Below are positions 34,836 to 42,339 of a stretch of 42,339 nucleotides of DNA, in pieces (position 1 is the first letter of the stretch; each line of letters starts with the position of its first letter). The position numbers and the translations under genes were made by a program. Under the pieces are notes generated by a model. That model saw only the letters and a program-made list of their open reading frames with translations. It was not told the DNA's origin and ran no database searches. Source of the stretch: a virus (taxonomy: Duplodnaviria; Caudoviricetes); IMG/VR virus record IMGVR_UViG_3300049137_000021, positions 1-42,339 of that record; one strand, written 5' to 3'.

Positions 34836-34875
34836 GCGCCTCAGCCTACTCATGTGAGTAGGTTGGGGCGCTTTT
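34836..34875 (+). terminator. Terminator-like hairpin centred on CIR copy 17 (34846-34861)
   Basis: GCGCCTCAGC-CTACTCATGTGAGTAG-GTTGGGGCGCTTTT. Confidence 0.65.
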
Positions 34876-35110
34876 GCGTTTGCTGACATACCGTCAGAAA
34901 CATGATCCGTTACCCACTGGCATATGTCTGTGGCTCGCCGTAACCTCGTACATCCGTTCGACCAGCAAACAGACTCATCCGGCGGTTTTAGGTGGTCAAG
35001 GGTTGTACGACTTGAGGAGGTGTGGTCACATCATCCTCACGAATGACGGAAAGTGACCGTCTGAAAACCGACTATGGAAGCTGTAGTTCCGTAACCCTGG
35101 GGGGCAAGTC

Positions 35111-35470
35111 ATGCCGCACGCCGTGCCGTTCACACTCTCGCTGTCTGTCTGGATCCCGTCCGGCCCGGCGCGTCGATGGCTTCCCTGCGAGCTACTGGGG
35201 GACGCCATGTCCGACGAACTCATCAACGCGTGCAGCGAGTTGCGTTCGGTCTTCAGGGCACACGGTCGGCTCGTCGCCCGCATCCTGTCGGCTCCGGCCG
35301 TCCCCCGCTACGACGGCTTCCGCATCCTTGGGCGCCGGAAGGACACGGGACTTCTCGTGGCGTCCGTCGAGTGGATCCGCTCGCCGGAAACACGGGAGTT
35401 GGTCCCCTACCCAGTCACGTGGACGGCGTGTCAGTACGTGCACCCGGAAGACTTCATTCCTGTTTCGTGA
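35111..35470 (+). CDS. Hypothetical protein
   Basis: RBS-like GGGGGG before ATG 35111; alternative start at MSDEL. Confidence 0.55.
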   Translation: MPHAVPFTLSLSVWIPSGPARRWLPCELLGDAMSDELINACSELRSVFRAHGRLVARILSAPAVPRYDGFRILGRRKDTGLLVASVEWIRSPETRELVPYPVTWTACQYVHPEDFIPVS

Positions 35471-35563
35471 CCGTTACGAACTCAATGGCGCTTACACGCG
35501 CCACACATGCCACCATCGAGACACAAGCCGTTGAAACGGCAACTACACCCAACGGGGGACGCT

Positions 35564-36271
35564 TTGCGCAACAAGATCATTCTTCCCGCGGCAAGTCTGG
35601 CCTCAGCCGCCGCAGCCTTCGGACTGGGGGCGCTCGTCTTCTCCGGCCCCAGCAAGCCCGCTGACGCTTCGCCACTGCCCCAGCCGACCCGAACAGTTAC
35701 CGCGCCGCCGGTAGCCGGTCAGAAGCCCGCTGAGGCCGCCAAGGACGACGTACAGCGCGTCAGCGTGACGACGACTCCCGCAGCGCCCCGCTCGACGACG
35801 ACGGCGCCCAGGACGGCGGAGAAGGGCGACCCGGCGACGAGCCCCAGGACGAAGGCGGCGCCGAAGCCCACACCCGCGGAGCCGAAGGCAGGCAGCAAGG
35901 GGCCGTTCACAGACGCCGACAACGACGGCAAGGTGCTCGACGACATGAAGCCCAGCCTGCCCCTCGCCGAACTGCCGATAGACGTGCCGGACAAGCTCCT
36001 GCCGTTCCCCGGCCCTGGCTACACCGGTCCGCCGAGTACCGATGCGTACAGCGACGTCGTGTCGGCGCCGAACGTGATCACCGACCCGGACAAGCCTTGG
36101 TTCCACCTGCCGACCACACCGCCGGTTGTGTCGACTCCCGCGGATGAACCCGCCGCTGAGCCTGAGCCGATCGTGACCGAAGAGCCGGTGACGTCAGCGC
36201 CGGTCGTCACGGAGCCCGTTCGCACCGGAGGGCCGGTCTTCGGCCGGAACCCCTTCCGCACCCTGGGCTGA
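35564..36271 (+). CDS. Secreted or membrane-anchored Pro/Thr-rich protein
   Basis: N-terminal signal/TM 'IILPAASLASAAAAFGLGALVF' then low-complexity P/T/A sequence. Confidence 0.7.
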   Translation: MRNKIILPAASLASAAAAFGLGALVFSGPSKPADASPLPQPTRTVTAPPVAGQKPAEAAKDDVQRVSVTTTPAAPRSTTTAPRTAEKGDPATSPRTKAAPKPTPAEPKAGSKGPFTDADNDGKVLDDMKPSLPLAELPIDVPDKLLPFPGPGYTGPPSTDAYSDVVSAPNVITDPDKPWFHLPTTPPVVSTPADEPAAEPEPIVTEEPVTSAPVVTEPVRTGGPVFGRNPFRTLG

Positions 36272-36287
36272 GTCACCGACTCCCTTC
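36272..36287 (+). promoter_or_regulatory. Phage-specific promoter motif
   Basis: GTCACCGACTCCCTTC. Confidence 0.7.
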
Positions 36288-36325
36288 CTGTCCTTCGCAA
36301 CCAACTACGCGAAGGAGTAAGGGCG

Positions 36326-37042
36326 TTGGACACGAGAGCAATCAAGAGATCTCGTCGCGTGCTGACCGGGGGACGCTGGTTCCTGATCGTGGGGCTTGTG
36401 TTCTACAGCCTCATGACGACGACGCCTTTCGTACAGGCGCACAGCGAGTGGCAGTGGTCCGGCTGGGTGCTGGGCTTGATCGTCGACGCGGCGTTCATCA
36501 TGGCGCTGAGCGCGGAAGGCACGCTCGCGAAGCACGGTGTCACGAAGCTGGGCGCGTGGCCGACTGCCTTCCGGTGGGCAACCGGCCTCAGCTCCGTGTT
36601 CCTGAACGTGTGGCTGAGCATCGAGCGCCGTGACTGGGTCGGCGTAGCAGTCCACTTGATTGCGCCCCTTCTCGTCATGCTGCTGGCGGAAGTCGGGCCG
36701 ATCTACATGGCGGCGCTCGCTGAGGCTGAGCGGGAAGCGCTGAGCGCCCCTGAGAAGCCCGCGGAGCCCGCGCCGGTCGCCCCGGAGCCTGAGCCCGTGC
36801 CGGAGCCGGAGAAGGCGCCTGAGCCGGTTCAGGACGAGCTTCCGGAGCCGGAGCCGGAGCCGGAGCCGGAACCCGTTGCCGACGACGAGCCGAAGCGCCT
36901 GCCGAACGCTGAGGCGAACAAGATCATCGAGCAAGGGTGGCGGCACAAGCTGAACCCGATCGAGGTTGCTGCTGCCGCCGGACGTCACCCGGCCACCGTG
37001 CGCAAGAAGTTCGCCCAGCTAGACGCTGAACTGACCGTCTGA
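36326..37042 (+). CDS. Multi-pass membrane protein with PE-repeat linker and C-terminal HTH-like motif
   Basis: Four hydrophobic segments, (PE)n linker, 'PIEVAAAAGRHPATVRK'; RBS AAGGAG. Confidence 0.75.
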   Translation: MDTRAIKRSRRVLTGGRWFLIVGLVFYSLMTTTPFVQAHSEWQWSGWVLGLIVDAAFIMALSAEGTLAKHGVTKLGAWPTAFRWATGLSSVFLNVWLSIERRDWVGVAVHLIAPLLVMLLAEVGPIYMAALAEAEREALSAPEKPAEPAPVAPEPEPVPEPEKAPEPVQDELPEPEPEPEPEPVADDEPKRLPNAEANKIIEQGWRHKLNPIEVAAAAGRHPATVRKKFAQLDAELTV

Positions 37043-37055
37043 GCGCCCATACCAC

Positions 37056-37099
37056 GAGCCCCGTACCCGCTGCCACTACGGCGGTGGGTACGGGGCTTT
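37056..37099 (+). terminator. Intrinsic terminator
   Basis: GAGCCCCGTACCCGCTGCC...GGCGGTGGGTACGGGGCTTT. Confidence 0.7.
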
Positions 37100-37338
37100 C
37101 GGCGTATGCTCGCGCCGTTCCCCGCTGTGAGGACATGCGGCGCCGGGTCGGAAGCCCGTCAGCGTCGTCCACCCAACACCAGCGGAGCCGGGCTCGCGAT
37201 TGGACGCTTTCGCGGGACGGAACGGGCCCCGGTCGGTTTGATCACGACCGGGGCTCTTCGCCTTCGGAGTCTGTCGAAGGTTTGGCCTGGAAGAGGCCCG
37301 GGGCGTGTGCCAGAACCACCAAAGGCGCCCCAGGGTCG

Positions 37339-37374
37339 GAGCCCCGTTCAGTCCCGTGACTGGGCGGGGCTTTT
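37339..37374 (+). terminator. Intrinsic terminator
   Basis: GAGCCCCGTTCAGTC-CCGT-GACTGGGCGGGGCTTTT. Confidence 0.6.
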
Positions 37375-37397
37375 CCGTGCGCGGATACGCTGACGGC

Positions 37398-37658
37398 ATG
37401 CGCATTTCATGGGTCATTGAAGATCACGGCGGGGACAGCAAGGACGTGGCGACCGTCGACACTGCTGCCGAAGCACTGACGGCTGCCGTCCGGAAGGCGT
37501 ACCGGGATGAAGACACAGCGACGCTCGCGCACATCCTGTTGAACACGGTCGCGCCGCTTCGAATGCAACTCGTGACCGATGGAAGGTTTGAAGTCGAACA
37601 CGGGCGCTCATGGGAAGCCCAAGCGGGTGGGATTTTCGTAACGCTCTCCCCCAACTGA
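37398..37658 (+). CDS. Hypothetical protein (86 aa), probably leaderless; paralog of 38561-38848
   Basis: TACGCT 6 nt before ATG; shared motifs DTAA, APL, TDGR, GRxWE, IFV. Confidence 0.7.
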   Translation: MRISWVIEDHGGDSKDVATVDTAAEALTAAVRKAYRDEDTATLAHILLNTVAPLRMQLVTDGRFEVEHGRSWEAQAGGIFVTLSPN

Positions 37659-37682
37659 GTGAAGCTCGCTACCGTTGCCCTC

Positions 37683-37964
37683 ATGCGTCGATACCGGATC
37701 ACTCAGCGCCCGCCGGACTGGCGGCAAGAGGTCACGAGAACAGACGAAGCCCTACGGCCCCGGGAAGCCCGACCGTGGGTAATTCTTGATCAAGAACTAG
37801 AGGGGTACTGCACGCTGCCGTCCGGCCCTGAGCGTCTGCCGCTGGAATGGCAGACATCGGAGGGCGCGAATGCGTGGCTCGCGCGCTGCTACCGGATGTG
37901 GGGCCGGGTGCCGCTCATGTTCGGCGAGTACGAGCCTTACGACGCGAACAGGGAGCGGGTGTGA
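37683..37964 (+). CDS. Hypothetical protein, probably leaderless; paralog of the next gene
   Basis: TACCGT 7 nt before ATG; 'RYRI.QR', 'YC.LP', 'LEW.T.EGA..WL..C'. Confidence 0.7.
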   Translation: MRRYRITQRPPDWRQEVTRTDEALRPREARPWVILDQELEGYCTLPSGPERLPLEWQTSEGANAWLARCYRMWGRVPLMFGEYEPYDANRERV

Positions 37965-38302
37965 AGCGCTACAGGATCATTCAACGCTCGATTCGGCGGA
38001 AGCCGGACGGCACGTGGGAGCGGCGCGAGAAGGCGCCCTTTGCGATCTTCGACGAGTGGGTTGGCGACTACTGCGCCCTTCCGGCGTCCCAGGGCAGGGG
38101 GAAGCCGAAGGTCTTGCGCACGCTGGAGTGGCCGACCCGTGAAGGCGCGCATGAGTGGCTGATCGGCTGTGCCGAGAAGTGGAAGAAGTGGGAGTCCAGC
38201 CCCACGAAGAAGGCGCTCGTGCCGAAGCATTGGTATGGCTTCACGGCGCCGAAGCAATCGCCCTGGGAAGGGCACACGACGCCCATGTACGGCCCCTACT
38301 AG
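37961..38302 (+). CDS. Hypothetical protein, tandem paralog
   Basis: GTGA overlap, RBS GGGAG; same motifs as the upstream gene. Confidence 0.7.
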   Translation: MKRYRIIQRSIRRKPDGTWERREKAPFAIFDEWVGDYCALPASQGRGKPKVLRTLEWPTREGAHEWLIGCAEKWKKWESSPTKKALVPKHWYGFTAPKQSPWEGHTTPMYGPY

Positions 38303-38316
38303 GCGCCGACACAGCG

Positions 38317-38358
38317 AAGCCCCGGCTACCTCTTTCGAGGGGTACGCCGGGGCTTTTT
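38317..38358. terminator. Terminator between convergent genes
   Basis: AAGCCCCGGC...TTCG...GCCGGGGCTTTTT. Confidence 0.65.
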
Positions 38359-38568
38359 CTCGTCTCTCATCCGGGGCCACTCATTGAGCGGGGCGCCGTC
38401 CTGCATGCCGACGAAGACCACGTAGCGGCCGTGTCCGGCGTGTCGAATGCCTATGCAGCGCCCGTAGTCGGCTTCCTTCATCGCCCGCAGTTTGGCTGCC
38501 TGTTCCTGCTGCATTCGGACGGCTTCAGGGGCGCTCAGGTCACGTGCTAGTTCGACTGCGTCATACAT
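38326..38568 (-). CDS. Hypothetical protein (80 aa)
   Basis: Start overlaps the stop of the upstream minus-strand gene; 3' end runs into the terminator hairpin. Confidence 0.45.
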   Translation of the reverse strand: MYDAVELARDLSAPEAVRMQQEQAAKLRAMKEADYGRCIGIRHAGHGRYVVFVGMQDGAPLNEWPRMRDEKKPRRTPRKR

Positions 38569-38848
38569 GGTGGGGTGCCTTCCCGGCCATGGCCGGTTTC
38601 ATGCGCACGAAGATCGTTGCGCTTCGGTGCTCCCACGTCCGGCCCTCGCTGAGCGCCTGCCTACCGTCCGTAGTGATCTCTCGCCACAGCGGGGCGCCGA
38701 CGTTCGTCATCACTTCGGCGAGGGCGTCGATCGGGTACGTGCTGCACAGCTCACCGACCACGCCCAGGACGACCGATGCGGCTGTGTCGGCACACGCGAC
38801 TGTGCGCCTGCCGCTGACGTCCGTGATCCTGTACTCAAGGTCGACCAT
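38561..38848 (-). CDS. Hypothetical protein, paralog of 37398-37658
   Basis: Motif-by-motif similarity; divergent from attP/int; alternative ATG at 38857. Confidence 0.7.
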   Translation of the reverse strand: MVDLEYRITDVSGRRTVACADTAASVVLGVVGELCSTYPIDALAEVMTNVGAPLWREITTDGRQALSEGRTWEHRSATIFVRMKPAMAGKAPHHV

Positions 38849-38885
38849 GCCGGGCATACTCGCAGGTCAACGCGGGTTCCGCATA

Positions 38886-38935
38886 GTACTCCCCCAACTG
38901 GGGTAACCTTTGAGTTCTCACAGTTGGGGGCGTAG
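38886..38935. other. attP: attP site, phiC31 type, intact
   Basis: GTACTCCCCCAACTGGGGTAACCTTTGAGTTCTCACAGTTGGGGGCGTAG with inverted arms CCCCCAACTG/CAGTTGGGGG and central TT (about 38910-38911), just upstream of int. Confidence 0.95.
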
Positions 38936-38944
38936 GGTCGCCCC

Positions 38945-40768
38945 ATGACACAAGGGGTTGTGACCGGCGTGGACTTGTTGGCAGGCGCCTACGACAGGCA
39001 GTCGCGCGAGCGCGAGAACTACAGCGGCGCTAGTCCGGCAACTCAGCGTAGCGCCAACGAGCTGAAGGCGGATGACCTTCGGCGAGAAGCAACGCGCGAC
39101 GGAATCCCGTTCACGTTCCTCGGTCACTTCAGCGAAGCCCCCGGCACGTCGGCGTTCGGGACGGCGGAGCGCCCGGAGTTCGAACGCATCCTGAACGAGT
39201 GCCGCCTAGGGCGCCTGAACGTCCTGATCGTGTACGACGTGTCGCGCTTCTCGCGGCTCGACGTCATGGACGCAATTCCGATCGTCTCGGAGTTGCTCGC
39301 GCTGGGCGTCACAATCGTGTCTGTGATGGAGGGCGTTTTCCGCAAGGGAAACGTTATGGATCTCATCCACCTCATCATGCGGTTGGATCAAGCGCACAAA
39401 GAGAGCGCCACGAAAAGCGCGAAGATCGTCGACACGAAGAATCTTGCGCGCGAACTGGGCGGGTATGTCGGCGGGAAAGCGCCCTACGGATTCAAGCTCG
39501 TGCCCACGCCGGTCGAGATCACGCGCAACGGCAAAACGAGCACAATCGTAATTCAGAAACTCGCCCACGAAGACACGCGCCTTACCGGCCCCTTCGACTA
39601 CGAGCCGGACGTTATTCGGTGGTGGTGGTCGGAGATCAAGGCGCACAAAGACACCCCCTTCAAGCCGGGCGAGGGGAAAGAGCACCCGGGAAGCATCACG
39701 GGCCTGTGCAAGCGAATGGAGCGCGACGGCGTGCCCACCCGGGGCGCCACAATGGGCAAGCGCACCGCGGACAGCACGTGGGACCCGGCGACCGTAAAGC
39801 GGATCCTTCGTGACCCGCGCGTCGCCGGATACGCCGCGGAAGTCATCTACAAGAAGAAAGCCGACGGCACCCGGACGAGCACGATCGAGGGCTACCGAAT
39901 TCAGCGCGACCCGATCACGCTCCGGCCGGTCATGCTCGACTGTGGCCCGATCATCCCGCCCGCCGAATGGCACGAGCTGCAAGCGTGGCTCGACGGCCGT
40001 GGGCGCGGCAAGGGGCTTTCCCGCGGGCAGGCAGTACTCAGCGCCATGGATCGGCTGTACTGCGAGTGCGGCGCCGTCATGACGTCGAAGAAGGACGAGA
40101 ACCCGGTCAAGGACTCCTATCGCTGCCGCCGGAAGAAGGTACTGCCGGTCGACACCCCGGGATGGCACAGCGGCGAATGCAACGTCTCTCAGGCGGCGCT
40201 GGACAAGTTCGTAGCTGAGCGAATCTTCAACCGGATCCGCCACGCCGAGGGCGACGAAGAGACCCTCGCCATGCTGTGGGAGGCAGCGCGCCGATTCGGC
40301 AAGCTCACAGAATCGCCGGAGAAGGCCGGAGAGCGCGCCTCCCTGGTTGCTGAGCGCGCCGACGCGCTGAGCGCCCTGGAAGAGCTGTTTGAGGACCGCG
40401 CAGAGGGCAGCTACAGCGGGCCCGTCGGCCGGAAGCACTTCCGTAAGCAGGAAGCCACGTTGCAGCTCCGGCTTCAGGGCGCGGAAGAGAGGCTCGCCGA
40501 GCTGGCAGCGGGAGACGCGCCGATCCTGCCGATCGACTCGTGGTTCCCCGAAGACCCGGACGCCGACCCGACTGGGCCGGACTCGTGGTGGGGCAAGGCA
40601 GACGTCAGCGACCGGCGGGAGTTCGTGGCGCTCTTCGTCGACAAGATCACGGTTCGCAAGTCCACAGCGGGCAAGGGCAAGTCGACGCCCATCGAGCAGC
40701 GCGCCACGATCGAGTTTGCGCGGCCTCAGACGGACGACGACGACCAGGACGACGACGGCGACGAGTAA
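38945..40768 (+). CDS. int: Large serine integrase (phiC31 Int family)
   Basis: '[12 protein letters not shown]' catalytic Ser, 'VYDVSRFSR', recombinase domain, Zn ribbon 'LYCECG...YRC...C', coiled coil. Confidence 0.98.
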   Translation: MTQGVVTGVDLLAGAYDRQSRERENYSGASPATQRSANELKADDLRREATRDGIPFTFLGHFSEAPGTSAFGTAERPEFERILNECRLGRLNVLIVYDVSRFSRLDVMDAIPIVSELLALGVTIVSVMEGVFRKGNVMDLIHLIMRLDQAHKESATKSAKIVDTKNLARELGGYVGGKAPYGFKLVPTPVEITRNGKTSTIVIQKLAHEDTRLTGPFDYEPDVIRWWWSEIKAHKDTPFKPGEGKEHPGSITGLCKRMERDGVPTRGATMGKRTADSTWDPATVKRILRDPRVAGYAAEVIYKKKADGTRTSTIEGYRIQRDPITLRPVMLDCGPIIPPAEWHELQAWLDGRGRGKGLSRGQAVLSAMDRLYCECGAVMTSKKDENPVKDSYRCRRKKVLPVDTPGWHSGECNVSQAALDKFVAERIFNRIRHAEGDEETLAMLWEAARRFGKLTESPEKAGERASLVAERADALSALEELFEDRAEGSYSGPVGRKHFRKQEATLQLRLQGAEERLAELAAGDAPILPIDSWFPEDPDADPTGPDSWWGKADVSDRREFVALFVDKITVRKSTAGKGKSTPIEQRATIEFARPQTDDDDQDDDGDE

Positions 40769-40913
40769 GGCCGGGAGACGGGCGCACAGGCCCCTTCCTG
40801 AGGCAGCGAGAAGGGCCGGACTCCCCCGGGGTTCGGCCCATCTTCGTGTCTCGCGATACTTAGTTAGCCTAACTACATGTTCCTTCGTCACGGCAGCGCA
40901 CAGCGGCAAGCCT

Positions 40914-41021
40914 CCGACCAGCCATGCGTGATGCTGTGACGTTGTTACCTATTTTCTGGATTCACATAAGACATCTCTATAGGCAATCCAGATTCGACGT
41001 CCCATCGTCGCAACGTCACAC
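40914..41021 (+). repeat. 108-bp direct repeat, copy 2
   Basis: 6 mismatches to 21991-22098. Confidence 0.9.
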
Positions 41022-41046
41022 CCGGCGCTGAGCCCGCTGTCAGCAG

Positions 41047-41062
41047 GTCACCGACTCCCTTC
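41047..41062 (+). promoter_or_regulatory. Phage-specific promoter motif (probable late operon promoter)
   Basis: GTCACCGACTCCCTTC upstream of tRNA, HNH and, across the genome ends, terminase. Confidence 0.7.
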
Positions 41063-41227
41063 ATATAGGTAGAGGGAAACGCACCGCGCATCTAGTAGCG
41101 GAACGCATACGGCGGACTGAGTGCGCCCCTCGTTGGCCGGTAGCTCCCCTGATCTCTCCCAGGGTTGAGCACCGGCAGGCTTCGCCGGACGGATCCGGAA
41201 ACGGGACCATGAACCGGCGAAGCCCAT

Positions 41228-41313
41228 GCCGCTCTAGCTCAGTTGGCAGAGCGCCCCCGCCATGGGCCCATTGGTGACTGGGGAAGTCGGTGGTTCGAGT
41301 CCATCGAGCGGCA
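41228..41313 (+). ncRNA. tRNA-like RNA with aberrant extended anticodon arm
   Basis: Acceptor GCCGCTC/GAGCGGC, D arm GCTC-AGTTGGCA-GAGC, T arm GGTGG-TTCGAGT-CCATC; 30-nt anticodon arm with no canonical loop. Confidence 0.7.
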
Positions 41314-41430
41314 CGCAGGGTGGGATCACCACTGACCTTGACCGGTTGGCCGATGTTCCACCCGGAGTGAAACCGGCCCCAAGTAACCCGGCTAGTCACC
41401 GGGCGAAAGCGGCTGCGAGTAGCTCCGAAT

Positions 41431-41504
41431 GCCTCCCTAGCTCAGTTGGTTAGAGCGCCTGTTTCGTAATCAGGGGGTCGGCGGTTCGAATCCGTCGGGA
41501 GGCT
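41431..41504 (+). tRNA. tRNA-Thr(CGT)
   Basis: Acceptor GCCTCCC/GGGAGGC, D arm, loop TT-CGT-AA (anticodon 41465-41467), T arm GGCGG-TTCGAAT-CCGTC. Confidence 0.93.
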
Positions 41505-41515
41505 CCCACTCCAGC

Positions 41516-41531
41516 CTACTCACGTGAGTAG
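41516..41531. promoter_or_regulatory. Repressor operator (CIR) copy 18
   Basis: CTACTCACGTGAGTAG. Confidence 0.75.
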
Positions 41532-41537
41532 GTTGGC

Positions 41538-41915
41538 CTAGTCGCTCAGGTACTCAGCGGCACGGAGCACGCGCACTAGGTTGTGGTCGAACATGCCCAT
41601 CGCGGTGCTGCACTTGCGGCAGATGGCGCCGACCACGTTCTTAGTGCGTCGGTTCTGATACGCAGTGCTCGGCTCCGCTTCGGTGGGTTGCTTGCCGCAG
41701 ATACCGCACGGCTGTTCCTGGATAGCCAGATACTCGGCATGCGTGAGCCCGATGCTGATAGCGAACTCTTGCCGAACGTATTCGCCCGCTTCTACGCGGG
41801 CTTTCCGTTTGGCATTCGAGTTCGCTGCGATACAGCTATTGCACGTGCGCCCCTTGCTGGGGAACTTCACGTCGGGCGAACTCTTGCCGCACTTACTGCA
41901 CACCTTCTCAGTCAT
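41538..41915 (-). CDS. Endonuclease VII-like Zn protein with degenerate active site (125 aa)
   Basis: Four CxxC pairs and C-terminal 'RAAEYL' as in 31881-32315, but no DHDH; -10 TACAAT 6 nt before ATG. Confidence 0.7.
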   Translation of the reverse strand: MTEKVCSKCGKSSPDVKFPSKGRTCNSCIAANSNAKRKARVEAGEYVRQEFAISIGLTHAEYLAIQEQPCGICGKQPTEAEPSTAYQNRRTKNVVGAICRKCSTAMGMFDHNLVRVLRAAEYLSD

Positions 41916-41945
41916 GCGCTGATTGTATCGCCGGAGGCTTACCCC

Positions 41946-42311
41946 ATGCGTACACGGTGCCTTGACTGTAGGGATTGGGCGACCCATGCCGGGCGTTGCC
42001 AGTTGCACCACGCTGACTACACGGCACGGCGCAGCATCAAGAGTCACGCTAAGCGGCGTGCTGCTATTGCGCGTGGCAACAACGCTGCGGCAAAGCTGAG
42101 GCGCGCTGTTCGTGCTGCGATGAAGCGCGGTGAGTATGTGCGCTGTGCTCGATGCCCTGGTCAGTTCCTTGCGAGTGGTGTGGACATTGATCACATCGTT
42201 CCCCTTGCTAAGGGTGGCGAGGACATCGAGTCGAACGTGCAGGTGCTGTGCAAGGCATGCCATAAGGCGAAGACGCGCGAGGACTTCGACCGTAAGCGTC
42301 CCCCGTTCTGA
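41946..42311 (+). CDS. HNH endonuclease (probable packaging-associated HNH)
   Basis: 'CARC...DIDHIVPLAKGGED...NVQVLCKACHKAKT'; last gene before the end/terS junction, as in HK97-type cos phages. Confidence 0.9.
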   Translation: MRTRCLDCRDWATHAGRCQLHHADYTARRSIKSHAKRRAAIARGNNAAAKLRRAVRAAMKRGEYVRCARCPGQFLASGVDIDHIVPLAKGGEDIESNVQVLCKACHKAKTREDFDRKRPPF

Positions 42312-42339
42312 CGGACGGTAGGGGAGGGCGGCTCCGAAG

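Noticed and set aside
36770-36880. Tandem CCGGAG repeats as a contingency locus
   Set aside because: In-frame (PE)n linker; length changes would not shift the frame.
37646-37657. CTCCCCCAACTG identical to the left arm of attP
   Set aside because: Only 12 bp, inside a coding end, with no core or second arm; chance is plausible.
39206-40909. 567-aa minus-strand ORF
   Set aside because: Antisense shadow of the integrase.
905-41531. 18 near-identical palindromes as a CRISPR array or REP/MITE family
   Set aside because: They are dispersed, not regularly spaced, have no cas genes, and sit in promoter spacers as expected for phiC31-type repressor operators.

Overview
This looks like the complete, unintegrated 42.3 kb genome of a temperate Streptomyces siphophage closely related to phiC31/phiBT1. 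Order: HK97-type packaging, head and tail genes (0.1-16 kb); CHAP endolysin, holin and dNMP kinase; an immunity region with operator-controlled small genes and a phiC31 c-type repressor (18-22 kb); an early region with a PD-(D/E)XK nuclease, a gp3-type recombination directionality factor, HNH, primase-helicase, family A polymerase, a sigma-like regulator, endonuclease VII and many small accessory genes; an intact phiC31-type attP with a large serine integrase; then a late leader with tRNA-Thr(CGT) and an HNH gene. I count 18 copies of the operator palindrome CTACTCACGTGAGTAG and 12 copies of the phage-specific promoter motif GTNNCCGACTCCCTTC. The most unusual signals are non-coding. They are a 200-nt intergenic RNA with four tRNA T-arms (32.55-32.75 kb), a tRNA-like gene whose anticodon arm carries a self-complementary palindrome (41.23 kb), a 3' trailer ACGCA shared by three of these tRNA-like elements, and a 108-bp repeat upstream of both the early and late operons. 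The repressor is modular, with four possible in-frame starts and a canonical C2H2 zinc finger. No searches were run: protein calls rest on motifs, synteny and recalled similarity to phiC31.
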